This document shows, one piece after another, positions 1 to 8,698 of a DNA stretch of 64,000 nt (positions within the stretch are counted from its first letter, which is position 1; the number at the start of each line of letters is the position of its first letter). The translations under genes and the position numbers were made by a program. Under the pieces are notes generated by a model, which was not told where the DNA came from, did no database searches, and worked only from the letters and a program-made list of their open reading frames with translations. This stretch comes from Pseudomonadota bacterium (GTDB lineage: Bacteria; Pseudomonadota; Alphaproteobacteria; Rhizobiales; CAJQND01), in assembly GCA_039030315.1 (NCBI GenBank), contig JBCCEL010000001.1, positions 9,714-73,713 of the forward strand, given 5' to 3'.

Positions 1-519
1 CAGCGCCTCATCGAACCGGTCAATGAATTTGGTCTTGCTGGCGATGGACGTGTCTGAAACCGTGACGGAGATGGCACCAAGCATTTCGCACCGGCCATCT
101 TCATCCTCCGTAGCGTGGTCGAGCAAGCCGATACAGATGGTTTTGGTTTCGGGGTCCATCTGGGAAATGACTTCAAGGTACGGCGTCAGGCCCAGCTGCT
201 CGCATAGCTTGTCATTGCCCCGGTAGGCCAGATCAACCATTCGAAATGTGGATGTCCCGGGCCGCGCCGGTCCGAGACACCGGAATGAGTCTTGTGATTT
301 GTAATCACAATCGACAGAGACCCAGGGGGTCAGGCGGAAGCCGTGACCATCCTGATCGAGCAGCCAGAGCATCGAGCCCTTTGGTTTGTAACCGTGAAAC
401 AGGTCCTGCAGGTGCCGGAGTGCTTCCTGTCTGAATTCGAGGGTCTTGTCCGGTTTGCCTTGAAAGCTTATCAGGCGGGCGAAATTTTGATCGAACATGT
501 TACTTAACTTGTCAGCCAT
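1..519 (-). CDS. hypothetical protein; only the N-terminal 173 codons are in the window, which truncates the gene at the left edge
   Basis: Absent from the ORF track because there is no stop inside the window. Hand translation of the minus strand from ATG (519..517) stays open to position 1: MADKLSNMFDQNFARLISFQGKPDKTLEFRQEALRHLQDLFHGYKPKGSMLWLLDQDGHGFRL... Faintly GAF-like, but I cannot name a motif securely. Confidence 0.5.
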   Translation of the reverse strand, partial: MADKLSNMFDQNFARLISFQGKPDKTLEFRQEALRHLQDLFHGYKPKGSMLWLLDQDGHGFRLTPWVSVDCDYKSQDSFRCLGPARPGTSTFRMVDLAYRGNDKLCEQLGLTPYLEVISQMDPETKTICIGLLDHATEDEDGRCEMLGAISVTVSDTSIASKTKFIDRFDEAL

Positions 520-1080
520 TGCGGGCCTGTGTTGCGTTATTAATTTTATTTGAGGCCGGAAGGTGAGTGCCTCCGGCGCAATGCATTTTTTCCAGGTGAT
601 ATACGCATTGATACTGGGGCTAGCCAAGAGGGGCTGTCCAAAATTGCTTGTGGACCGTGTTTTCCTTCCGTCAGGTTAGTCAGGTTCTGCTCAGACGCTT
701 CTTCCGCGTCCGCCGGTGATGTGGGCGTCTCGGCTCGCCTAGGCTGAACGAGTGGTGGTCCGGCAAGGTGGCGTCAGGGCGAAAACGGACAGGCCGCCGG
801 CATGTGCGCAGGCGCCAGAGCTGGACTGAATTGTCATCATACCCTGCGGCGAGGACGACTGCTGCCCGGTCAAACCCCAGCTCAAGTGTCTGGCCGGGCA
901 TTTGCTGCGTTTGGCTCGAAGTGCCTTGAGCCTGCGGTTCGTCTTCAGGTCCGTCAGGTCAACGGAGCCGGTTTCCGGTCCGCGAGCCAAAACCTGCCCA
1001 GCTTCGAGCAGTCCGGGCCGTACAGGTCTGCAGATACTGACTGGCTTCCCGATTTTGTCACGCCTGTACGTCATAGTCAT

Positions 1081-1285
1081 GCGATATGGTTGAGATTATA
1101 TTTGTGTATGGAATCAAATATTCTTGAAGATATCTGCGCAACGTCTAATGTAGTTTCAAAAATTCCTTATACGGAAGATTAGAATTTGTAGATTGAATAA
1201 TAAATTTTGATTTCACAAAAATATCTTTTGATGTATGTGTGAATTCATGTGGCTGATTTCGAAATAATGGCAAAGTGAACAAGCA
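1081..1285 (+). promoter_or_regulatory. AT-rich upstream/promoter island of the giant-ORF pair
   Basis: I counted 32 G/C in the 120 nt at 1141..1260 (27%). A spot count at 1861..1920 inside the downstream gene gave 38/60 (63%). The island lies directly 5' of the ATG at 1286. No -35/-10 assignment attempted. Confidence 0.55.
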
Positions 1286-4200
1286 ATGAACATAATGAAT
1301 GCTTTTCGTCTTTGGGGTCATTTTCAAGTTGCCACCGCCTACGATGACGAGGATCCGCAATCCGTTCAGGCCCCTGGCGTAATTGACATCAGTTTTGCCG
1401 AACAGAGTGACGGCACGGTCCGTGCTTTTCTGACATGGCAGAAGGTTGATGTCGGCGTCCCGGCCTTCCCGAGTGAAACGCCTGCGACGGGACATTCCGT
1501 CTTTGGGGATTTTGACGCTGCAGATGCCCTTCTTGCGGCGACCGACAAGGTAAATTTCTGGATCAGCTTGCCGGAAGATGAATCGGAAACGGTAGAACGC
1601 AGAGTTTTCATCCGTGGTGCAATCGCCTTCCAGCAATTCGCGCATCCGGGCATTGGCGTGCCTGAGCTCCTCTGGCCTTGCGTCGCACATGGTCCGGAGC
1701 TCGATCCGTACAATGTGAGCAGCTACGAGGACGATGTGTTGGGCACCTGGCTGGTGCTCGGACAGGGAGCCGGCACGGACTGGAACAGCAATTTCCGGCT
1801 CGATCTCGCGGTTCCCAGTCCGGTTCAGTTCAATCAGGAAGCGGCACCGAGTGGGAGGGGATCGGCCGCGATCGGTGTCAGCGGGGTTTTCGCCAGCAGA
1901 CCTGAGCCTGAGGAAATGGCCAGGCCCGCGCCGTTGCTGACCGGACTGCCGGGCGATTTTGCCACGGCGGCGCGCAACGAGTATTTCGGCACCTTTGTTA
2001 TGGGCGCGCGGGATTCCACGTCCGACGGAATGTTTGCTTATGCGGACAAGGCGACCCTCCTGCCGTCGCTCGCGGCGGGGCTGGAAAGTGCCGGCTTTGC
2101 GGGCGTGCGCAACCGGCCCAGCATTTCTTCGGCATTGATCCGGCCGCACTGGGATGCCGATGAGGGAAGGTTCTCGCTGACTCTCCGCCGGATGGTGGCA
2201 TTTCCTGAAGAATATCTGGATCTCACCGGGCAGACGGGCGGCTTCATGCGGGTGGGTACGGCAGATGCGCTTTGCGAGCTTGAGTACAGCGTTGAGCTCC
2301 AGCCGGACGATCTGGTGGCCCGCCTGAAAGCAGGATTGGCGGCCTTTGAAGGCGACCTTCAACTGAGTTTCCGCTTTGTCACCACGGAGACCGTCAACCT
2401 TTCAGACGGTCTCCGGGACGTCACGAAACTGGACCAGGCAGTTCCCAGGTTCGATGCCGGCGGTCTCTATCAGGCGATCTTCGAGATGAACCGTGTCCGC
2501 GCCGGGCTGTTGCCGGCGAAGAGCGGGCCACAAAGCGTGTTCCCCGACATTCACGAGCATGGCGGCGGTGTCGACCAGGAAACCGCGTTCTGCTGGAAGG
2601 TGCACGGACAGGCGGCTGCGCCATCCCGGCCGGAGATCGTCGACACCGAAGCTCCGAAGAACCTTGGCAACCTGGGCTGGGCGCCGCCACGGGAAGAGAC
2701 CGCGCGCATCACGGTCACGCCTCTTGATGTGCGCTTTGAGGAAGACCTTGTCGCGCGGCTTTACGCCGGCCGGACGCTCATTGAGATAAGGTGCCGGTTC
2801 GAGAACTTCGTCTCTGCGCCGGACCTTGAGCCTCCCCGGAACAAGGTGTTCGTGCTGGCGAGAGATGCGCGTGCCGACCGGCAGCCGGAGGACCGGTCGT
2901 TCGGATTTTTTGCGCTCGAAGAGACGAAAGATGACCGCAACAAGCTCGGTTACTCCGCCCAGTTGGGAGCCTTGAACTTCACCAAGGCATTCACGGAGGA
3001 GGGCCCGAACAGTCCGTTCCTGGTCACGAACGCCGGCGACAATGCCCTGGTCCTCTCGCGCCGTGTCCGGCGGCTGCCGCGTATTGTCGACGGCGTGACC
3101 GATCACGGGCGCCCCCTCATGCCGGCGCTGAATGCCAGGCTCGACCTTAGCCTGGCGATTGATGTGGTGGATCCGGTGACAACGGATATCGCCCATGGTG
3201 ACCGCAGCCGGCAGACGGCTCCTTTGCTGATCCGCGAGCCTGCCCGAGCCGAACGGCTGGCAGCCCGCGAGCCACGGCTCGGACCGATGGCGGTCGGCCC
3301 GATGGCGGAACCGGCGGAACTGGGCAGAACCGAGTTCATCCTCAAGGTTTCTGAGCAGGTGCTCGACGACCAGGACTGGCACCTGCAGGCAACACTGCTG
3401 GAAACCAGCCGGCTGCGCGGAGCGGCGGATGAGCGCTACACCGTGCTGTCGTTCGAGCCGTTCTCACTCTACCGCTTCTCCCGCGAGCCCCTTACGGTCA
3501 GCGGGCAGGAAGATCAGCCGTCCGTTGCGGAGTATGACAGCGACGAACGGAGCTGGCGCTTCAGCCGTCGCTCAGAGGACTATCAGCTAACCCTGCAGCC
3601 TGCTGTGACCGGAGACGCGGCAGACAAGCCGCATCGTCTCGAAATCCACGATCCCGCACCGGCTGCTGGCGACTTTCCCGAGCCTGTGCCGGAGTTTGAG
3701 GGCGTTCCGAGAACCCATGTCGTAGACAGCCGCTTCGCACCACCCGTGAACCTCTGGGTTCGGCCGACGGATCTTACCCGAAATGCCGTTCTACCTGAGT
3801 TTGCCGGATACGATCTGTTCCGGCAGGCCGGTGACTTTGGCCGCGGTGTATCCCTGGCAGGCATGACGGCGGAATTCCTGTATGGTCTGAGCGTCGGCAT
3901 CAATCCCGGACGTGAAACCGGTCCGTCCGCCCAGGCACGTGTTGCTGAATTGGATGTGCTATACGGTCGGCACCGTCGCCGGGCACCAGCAACTCCGGCG
4001 AAGGGAAGCCTGATCCGATGGCTGCGGCTCCAGCACAGTCTGAGAACCCGGCCTGAGCATCTTGAAATCTGGAATTTCGATTCAGAGAGCCAGAACGGAT
4101 TTGTGTCCGCCCGGTTCTCCGAAGGAACATCGTTCGCGCTCCGGCACACGGCCTTTCAGAAGCCGCCGGTTGAGCCGGTTGGGCCGATCCCTTCGAACCC

Positions 4201-7200
4201 GGTGGGTCCGCGGTTCCATGACCGTGGCCTGCCCGGCGGTGCACTCTGGCCTCTGGAATCGTGGAACATCGCCCGCGCGCTGGTCGCAAACCCCACGGCC
4301 GCACCCGGCGGCACAATTGAGCGAATTGCCCTGGCGCCCCACGGCGGCACGGCAGATCAGACAGCGCGCTTCCTGGGCGGGGTGATGACGATCATCTCTG
4401 AGACCCGCAACGGTTTTGTGCAGAAGCAGAGGGTCGAGATTCTCGGGCGGATTTCCGTCTTCTGGCACCGCGCCAAGCATGTCGTCATATACGAGCGCAC
4501 GACCGCGCCTTCGGACCAGTTCGCGCCGGACGAAGGCCATGAGACCCGCACCGAACGTCCTGCACTCCGCAAGGTTGAAGAGTTTGTGGAAATACTGCAG
4601 CCGGTGCGCAGCTACCCCGATTATCCCCGCAATGAGCAGGCGACCGCCGGCTTCCTGGAGGAAGTTCGGTTCAACTCAAAAATCATCCATGTCGACAGCG
4701 CCTGGGGCGGCGACGTCGGAACGACGGGCTGGCGGGTGCCGCTCTGGAACCGCGGGGCTTCGAATGAGCGGCCTTTGGTCTATCCGTTCCCGGACATTGC
4801 GATGGTCACGCTGGGAGAAGGCGATGACGACCGGCCGCGGGTTGTTCAGGAATGCCTCGATCCGGCGAACATCTATTTCTTCACCGATGCCGAGGCGGCG
4901 CAGGAGGGTAATGCGGATACGGACAGCTGGGACAGCCGCGAGGGCCTCGACTACTCGTCGCTCGGCAGTCCGGTCGATATTGATGCCGCTCTGGAAAAGG
5001 TGCTGGCTGGCAGGGATGGTGTGGACAGAGGCCGCCGGCCTTCCTCATCGCGTATCCTGCCGGGCATGCGCCCCTTCACCTGGCGTTTGGCGCCTGCTCC
5101 TGCGCGGACGCAGCTCAACGCAGGCCGCTCCGCCAAGCCGGTATACGGCGGCCTGGAATCGATCACCTTCATGCGCACCGTGTCATTCCTCGTGACGGAT
5201 GACCCTATTGACCCAAAGGCTGTCGATGTCCGGGGGCTAGCCGAGTTCCGTGTCCTTGGCGATTCAGGCAACCTTGCGTCTGTCGGGACAACTCCTCAGC
5301 AACCCCCTGTTGGACGGACGGAGAACCTGCCGGAGGATTCAGACGGAGACTTCGGTGATCTTCTGAATGCGGCCAGGGACTCACTTACAAGCGCGGACCC
5401 GGCCCAGGTCAGAACCGCACTGATGAACCTTGCAAACAGTGGGGCCATTCCCAGTGCAGGTCAGGCAGTGCAGGCCTTTGGCGTGGATCTTGGAAAGCTT
5501 GAAGACCTGCGCGCTGCATTCAGGTCGGGATCGGACGCGCTAAAGAAGTTCCGCGATTTTGATGCAGACACCTGCGACCGCCTGAAGTCGGACGCATCCA
5601 GGCTTATCGAGCGCAAGCGGCTGATTGCGGTGGAAGCCATCCGCACCGCGCAAGGGGCAATGCTTGCCGAGATCGATAAGGTCTCGCTCGACAATCTCCC
5701 GGGCTGGTCCAAGCGTCAGACACGTCATGAGCTGCGGGAGCTTCTGACCGAATTGGTCAGGGCGGAACTCGACCCGCATTTTGCCAGGGCCAGGGTCAAT
5801 GTCGGTAACCTGCAGGATAGTGTCGAGGTCGCCCGGGCGATCGTCCGGGACTGGCGCCAGGATGCGGCCGCCGGTCTGGCGCGGGCCCGCGCCAGGGTAG
5901 ATGCCGTCGAGGCGGGCTTCGATAACGCTAAGCCATGGTCCATCAACCGCATCGAGATGCTGCGTCAGCAGGTGCTCGAACAGGTTGATGCCGCCCGTGC
6001 CGAAGTGCTGGCGACCCTGGACGAAGCGCGCCAGCGGCTTGCCGGCGAGATTGAGGGGCTGGCCTCGCGGCTCTCATCGAAGGTGTCGCGCGCGCTGGCC
6101 TTTGCGCTCGGACAGGCGATCGATGCGGAACTCCTGCTCACAGAGGTAGCAGCGCAATTGCAGGGCACGGCCACACAGGTGCGGGCCGTGATCGACAAGG
6201 TCAGGAATGCGACCGATCAGGGGAAACTGGCGCTGCATCTCCTCTCGGTTCAAAACAACACGGACCTGCCGCAAACCGTCAGAGACCTCGCAAAAGATCT
6301 CGAAGCGCTCCGTCTCAAGGTTGTGCGGGGTGCAACAGACCTCTCGCAGGATGTCGGGCAGCTCAACAGGCTGGCTCAGGGTGCAATCACGGTTGGCAAG
6401 GGTGAACTCGTCGCCGGACGCGCCCGTGCCCAGTCTCTCCATGACGACAGTCAACAGTTCATTGAAGACACTGCCGAACTGTCGGCGGCGCTTGTGGCGG
6501 CAGGGGAGGCGGCCCTGGCCCAGGATGTCGAAGACGCCGCGGCCTTCATCAATGCCACAGTCAACGACCTGACGGACGATTTGATCAGCGCGGTGTCGGG
6601 GATCGACTTCCAGATGGAAGAGGCCTGGCGCTGGATCGATCGCGCGCTCAGCGAGCTGGAGGCGGTCAGCACTCAGGGCTTCGACGCCGTCGAGGAGTAC
6701 CAGTCCTATTTCGCATCCATGCTGCAGGTCACGCAAGGCGCGCTGTCCGGCGGCATCCAGTCAGCCGTCGAACGGCGCATCATCGCGCCTGTCGTGGACC
6801 GGGTGCTCGGTCCCTTCCCGGAGAGGTTCTACCTGTCGGAAACGCCGGCCGCCGATGACGTGGAGGTTTTCAAGACTGAGCTTCGCATCACAGTTGGCGA
6901 GCTCGGAGACAGGGCTCAGACAATTGTTCAGGACGCAAACGCTCTTGTTACGGGCGGTCTGGAGGAGATCGATCAGCTTTGCCGCGATCTTGCCGGCGCC
7001 AAGCTGCTCCTTGGCAATACCATCCAGGACGCCTATGATCAGGCGGTGACGGCCGCGCGTGATGCACTCAGCGGCCTTGCCGGCGATCTGCCCGGTGACT
7101 GGAGGGACGTCGATCCGGCCGCAATTGCCCAGGCGATCGAAGCGTTCGACTATCAGGTTCGGGATGTCATCAACGCGGTGGGCGACAGCACCGAGCTGGC

Positions 7201-8698
7201 GCGCGACTACTCCGACCGCATCATCAATGCCGCCGGCAGCATCGGCAAGCGCGGCATAGCGGCCGGCCCGAACAACGTTCTGCGGCTTTACTCGGCGGTT
7301 TCGCAGGCGCCGGAGCTTGCGGCCCTCAAGGTCAACATGGACCGCATCAGGGTCAGCATCAGAGAAGCCGACCGCATTCTTCAAACCCCTGCTCTCAGAG
7401 CCGGTTTCGACAAGCTCGGCGATGCCCTGAAGGCGCTGGGCATCGAGATACCGTTCAGTGAGCTCGGAGACACGCTCAAGATTGATGCGGATGAACTGGC
7501 CGGTTTCGATATCGGGCGCTGTTTTGGCAACTTCGGCGGCCTCAATCTGTCTGACCTGTTCTCCGGTCTGAAGATGGACAGGGGCTGGGCAGACTACATC
7601 GACATCACCCACCAGTTCGACAAGAAGGCTGTGCGGGCCTGGGTACAGATTGATGTCGATGTGCCCATCGGGGGACGCAGGACACTCTTCAGCATCGGGC
7701 CCTTCACTCTGTTTCTGCGCAACGCCCGCTTTTCCGGATTTGTCCGGGTGGAGGCGAGCAAGGATACCGAGCAGGTCACCCAATCCGATTTCGCCGTGAT
7801 CCGGACGGATCTGGAAGCCGTGGTTGCCGGTCAGGTCATGGTGACGTTGCAGGACGTGCGCATCGAGTACACCAAGGACGGCGGCCTCGACTTCAAGTTC
7901 GATCCCAAGAACATCAAGATCAATGAGGTCTTCCGCTTCATTCAGGACACGTTGGGAACCCTCTTCCCCGGCGAGTTCGGCGGGCTGAGGTTCGTCAAGC
8001 AGGCGGGCATTCCGGTCGGCATCGAGCACGAGTTCAAGATGCCTCCTGTCTCGCTCAACTTCGGCACGAGCGGCGTCTCGAACCTGGCGATCTCGAACCG
8101 CTTCTCCCTGGTAGCCTATCCCGACTTCGTGATCGCCAACCGGTTCAACCTGAGCAGGGTCGAGCAGCCATTCATCTTCTCGATCTTTATCATTGGCGGG
8201 GCCGGGTACATCCAGGTCGATACCGAATACCGCCCCTTCGACAAGCGCCTGATGGTTGTCGTGGAGGCCAGTGCCGGCGGGTCCGCGGCTCTTGCGTTCT
8301 CGTTCGGGCCGGTTTCCGGCGGCGTGTATATAACCCTCAGCGTTGCCCTCACCTACCGCAAGCTGATTGGCCAGGGACCGTCAGGAGGCGGCCTATCTGT
8401 CTCCCTCGTACTGGTCATCGCAGGCAATGTAAGCCTCTGGGGCATGGTGCATGTGTTCCTCAGCCTCGTCTTGCGGATGACCTACCATTCGAACGGCCAG
8501 ATTGACGCGCTGGGTTCGCTTTCGGTCGAGGTGAGGATCTCCCGCTTCTTCAAACTGAAGTTCTCCACGACCGTTCGCTACAAGCTCAGGGACGGACAGA
8601 GCAGAACGCAAGTGTCCTCCAACACCCAGGTTGGGGGCGAGGCGGCTGAAATCGCGAAGAAGGCCGGGCAACTGAACAAGGCGAGGAAACGGCTGTGA
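1286..8698 (+). CDS. giant protein 1 (2470 aa), unknown function: mixed N-terminal region, long Ala/Leu/Asp/Glu-rich helical rod, C-terminal Gly-rich hydrophobic membrane-type module
   Basis: Uninterrupted 7.4 kb ORF. No N-terminal signal peptide (MNIMNAFRLWGHFQVATAYDDED). I could find no P-loop, HExxH, RHS/YD or RTX repeats. Hydrophobic stretches near the C-terminus are PFIFSIFIIGGAGYIQV, GGSAALAFSFGPVSGGVYITLSVALTY and LSVSLVLVIAGNVSLWGMVHVFLSLVL, followed by a basic tail. Confidence 0.85.
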   Translation: MNIMNAFRLWGHFQVATAYDDEDPQSVQAPGVIDISFAEQSDGTVRAFLTWQKVDVGVPAFPSETPATGHSVFGDFDAADALLAATDKVNFWISLPEDESETVERRVFIRGAIAFQQFAHPGIGVPELLWPCVAHGPELDPYNVSSYEDDVLGTWLVLGQGAGTDWNSNFRLDLAVPSPVQFNQEAAPSGRGSAAIGVSGVFASRPEPEEMARPAPLLTGLPGDFATAARNEYFGTFVMGARDSTSDGMFAYADKATLLPSLAAGLESAGFAGVRNRPSISSALIRPHWDADEGRFSLTLRRMVAFPEEYLDLTGQTGGFMRVGTADALCELEYSVELQPDDLVARLKAGLAAFEGDLQLSFRFVTTETVNLSDGLRDVTKLDQAVPRFDAGGLYQAIFEMNRVRAGLLPAKSGPQSVFPDIHEHGGGVDQETAFCWKVHGQAAAPSRPEIVDTEAPKNLGNLGWAPPREETARITVTPLDVRFEEDLVARLYAGRTLIEIRCRFENFVSAPDLEPPRNKVFVLARDARADRQPEDRSFGFFALEETKDDRNKLGYSAQLGALNFTKAFTEEGPNSPFLVTNAGDNALVLSRRVRRLPRIVDGVTDHGRPLMPALNARLDLSLAIDVVDPVTTDIAHGDRSRQTAPLLIREPARAERLAAREPRLGPMAVGPMAEPAELGRTEFILKVSEQVLDDQDWHLQATLLETSRLRGAADERYTVLSFEPFSLYRFSREPLTVSGQEDQPSVAEYDSDERSWRFSRRSEDYQLTLQPAVTGDAADKPHRLEIHDPAPAAGDFPEPVPEFEGVPRTHVVDSRFAPPVNLWVRPTDLTRNAVLPEFAGYDLFRQAGDFGRGVSLAGMTAEFLYGLSVGINPGRETGPSAQARVAELDVLYGRHRRRAPATPAKGSLIRWLRLQHSLRTRPEHLEIWNFDSESQNGFVSARFSEGTSFALRHTAFQKPPVEPVGPIPSNPVGPRFHDRGLPGGALWPLESWNIARALVANPTAAPGGTIERIALAPHGGTADQTARFLGGVMTIISETRNGFVQKQRVEILGRISVFWHRAKHVVIYERTTAPSDQFAPDEGHETRTERPALRKVEEFVEILQPVRSYPDYPRNEQATAGFLEEVRFNSKIIHVDSAWGGDVGTTGWRVPLWNRGASNERPLVYPFPDIAMVTLGEGDDDRPRVVQECLDPANIYFFTDAEAAQEGNADTDSWDSREGLDYSSLGSPVDIDAALEKVLAGRDGVDRGRRPSSSRILPGMRPFTWRLAPAPARTQLNAGRSAKPVYGGLESITFMRTVSFLVTDDPIDPKAVDVRGLAEFRVLGDSGNLASVGTTPQQPPVGRTENLPEDSDGDFGDLLNAARDSLTSADPAQVRTALMNLANSGAIPSAGQAVQAFGVDLGKLEDLRAAFRSGSDALKKFRDFDADTCDRLKSDASRLIERKRLIAVEAIRTAQGAMLAEIDKVSLDNLPGWSKRQTRHELRELLTELVRAELDPHFARARVNVGNLQDSVEVARAIVRDWRQDAAAGLARARARVDAVEAGFDNAKPWSINRIEMLRQQVLEQVDAARAEVLATLDEARQRLAGEIEGLASRLSSKVSRALAFALGQAIDAELLLTEVAAQLQGTATQVRAVIDKVRNATDQGKLALHLLSVQNNTDLPQTVRDLAKDLEALRLKVVRGATDLSQDVGQLNRLAQGAITVGKGELVAGRARAQSLHDDSQQFIEDTAELSAALVAAGEAALAQDVEDAAAFINATVNDLTDDLISAVSGIDFQMEEAWRWIDRALSELEAVSTQGFDAVEEYQSYFASMLQVTQGALSGGIQSAVERRIIAPVVDRVLGPFPERFYLSETPAADDVEVFKTELRITVGELGDRAQTIVQDANALVTGGLEEIDQLCRDLAGAKLLLGNTIQDAYDQAVTAARDALSGLAGDLPGDWRDVDPAAIAQAIEAFDYQVRDVINAVGDSTELARDYSDRIINAAGSIGKRGIAAGPNNVLRLYSAVSQAPELAALKVNMDRIRVSIREADRILQTPALRAGFDKLGDALKALGIEIPFSELGDTLKIDADELAGFDIGRCFGNFGGLNLSDLFSGLKMDRGWADYIDITHQFDKKAVRAWVQIDVDVPIGGRRTLFSIGPFTLFLRNARFSGFVRVEASKDTEQVTQSDFAVIRTDLEAVVAGQVMVTLQDVRIEYTKDGGLDFKFDPKNIKINEVFRFIQDTLGTLFPGEFGGLRFVKQAGIPVGIEHEFKMPPVSLNFGTSGVSNLAISNRFSLVAYPDFVIANRFNLSRVEQPFIFSIFIIGGAGYIQVDTEYRPFDKRLMVVVEASAGGSAALAFSFGPVSGGVYITLSVALTYRKLIGQGPSGGGLSVSLVLVIAGNVSLWGMVHVFLSLVLRMTYHSNGQIDALGSLSVEVRISRFFKLKFSTTVRYKLRDGQSRTQVSSNTQVGGEAAEIAKKAGQLNKARKRL

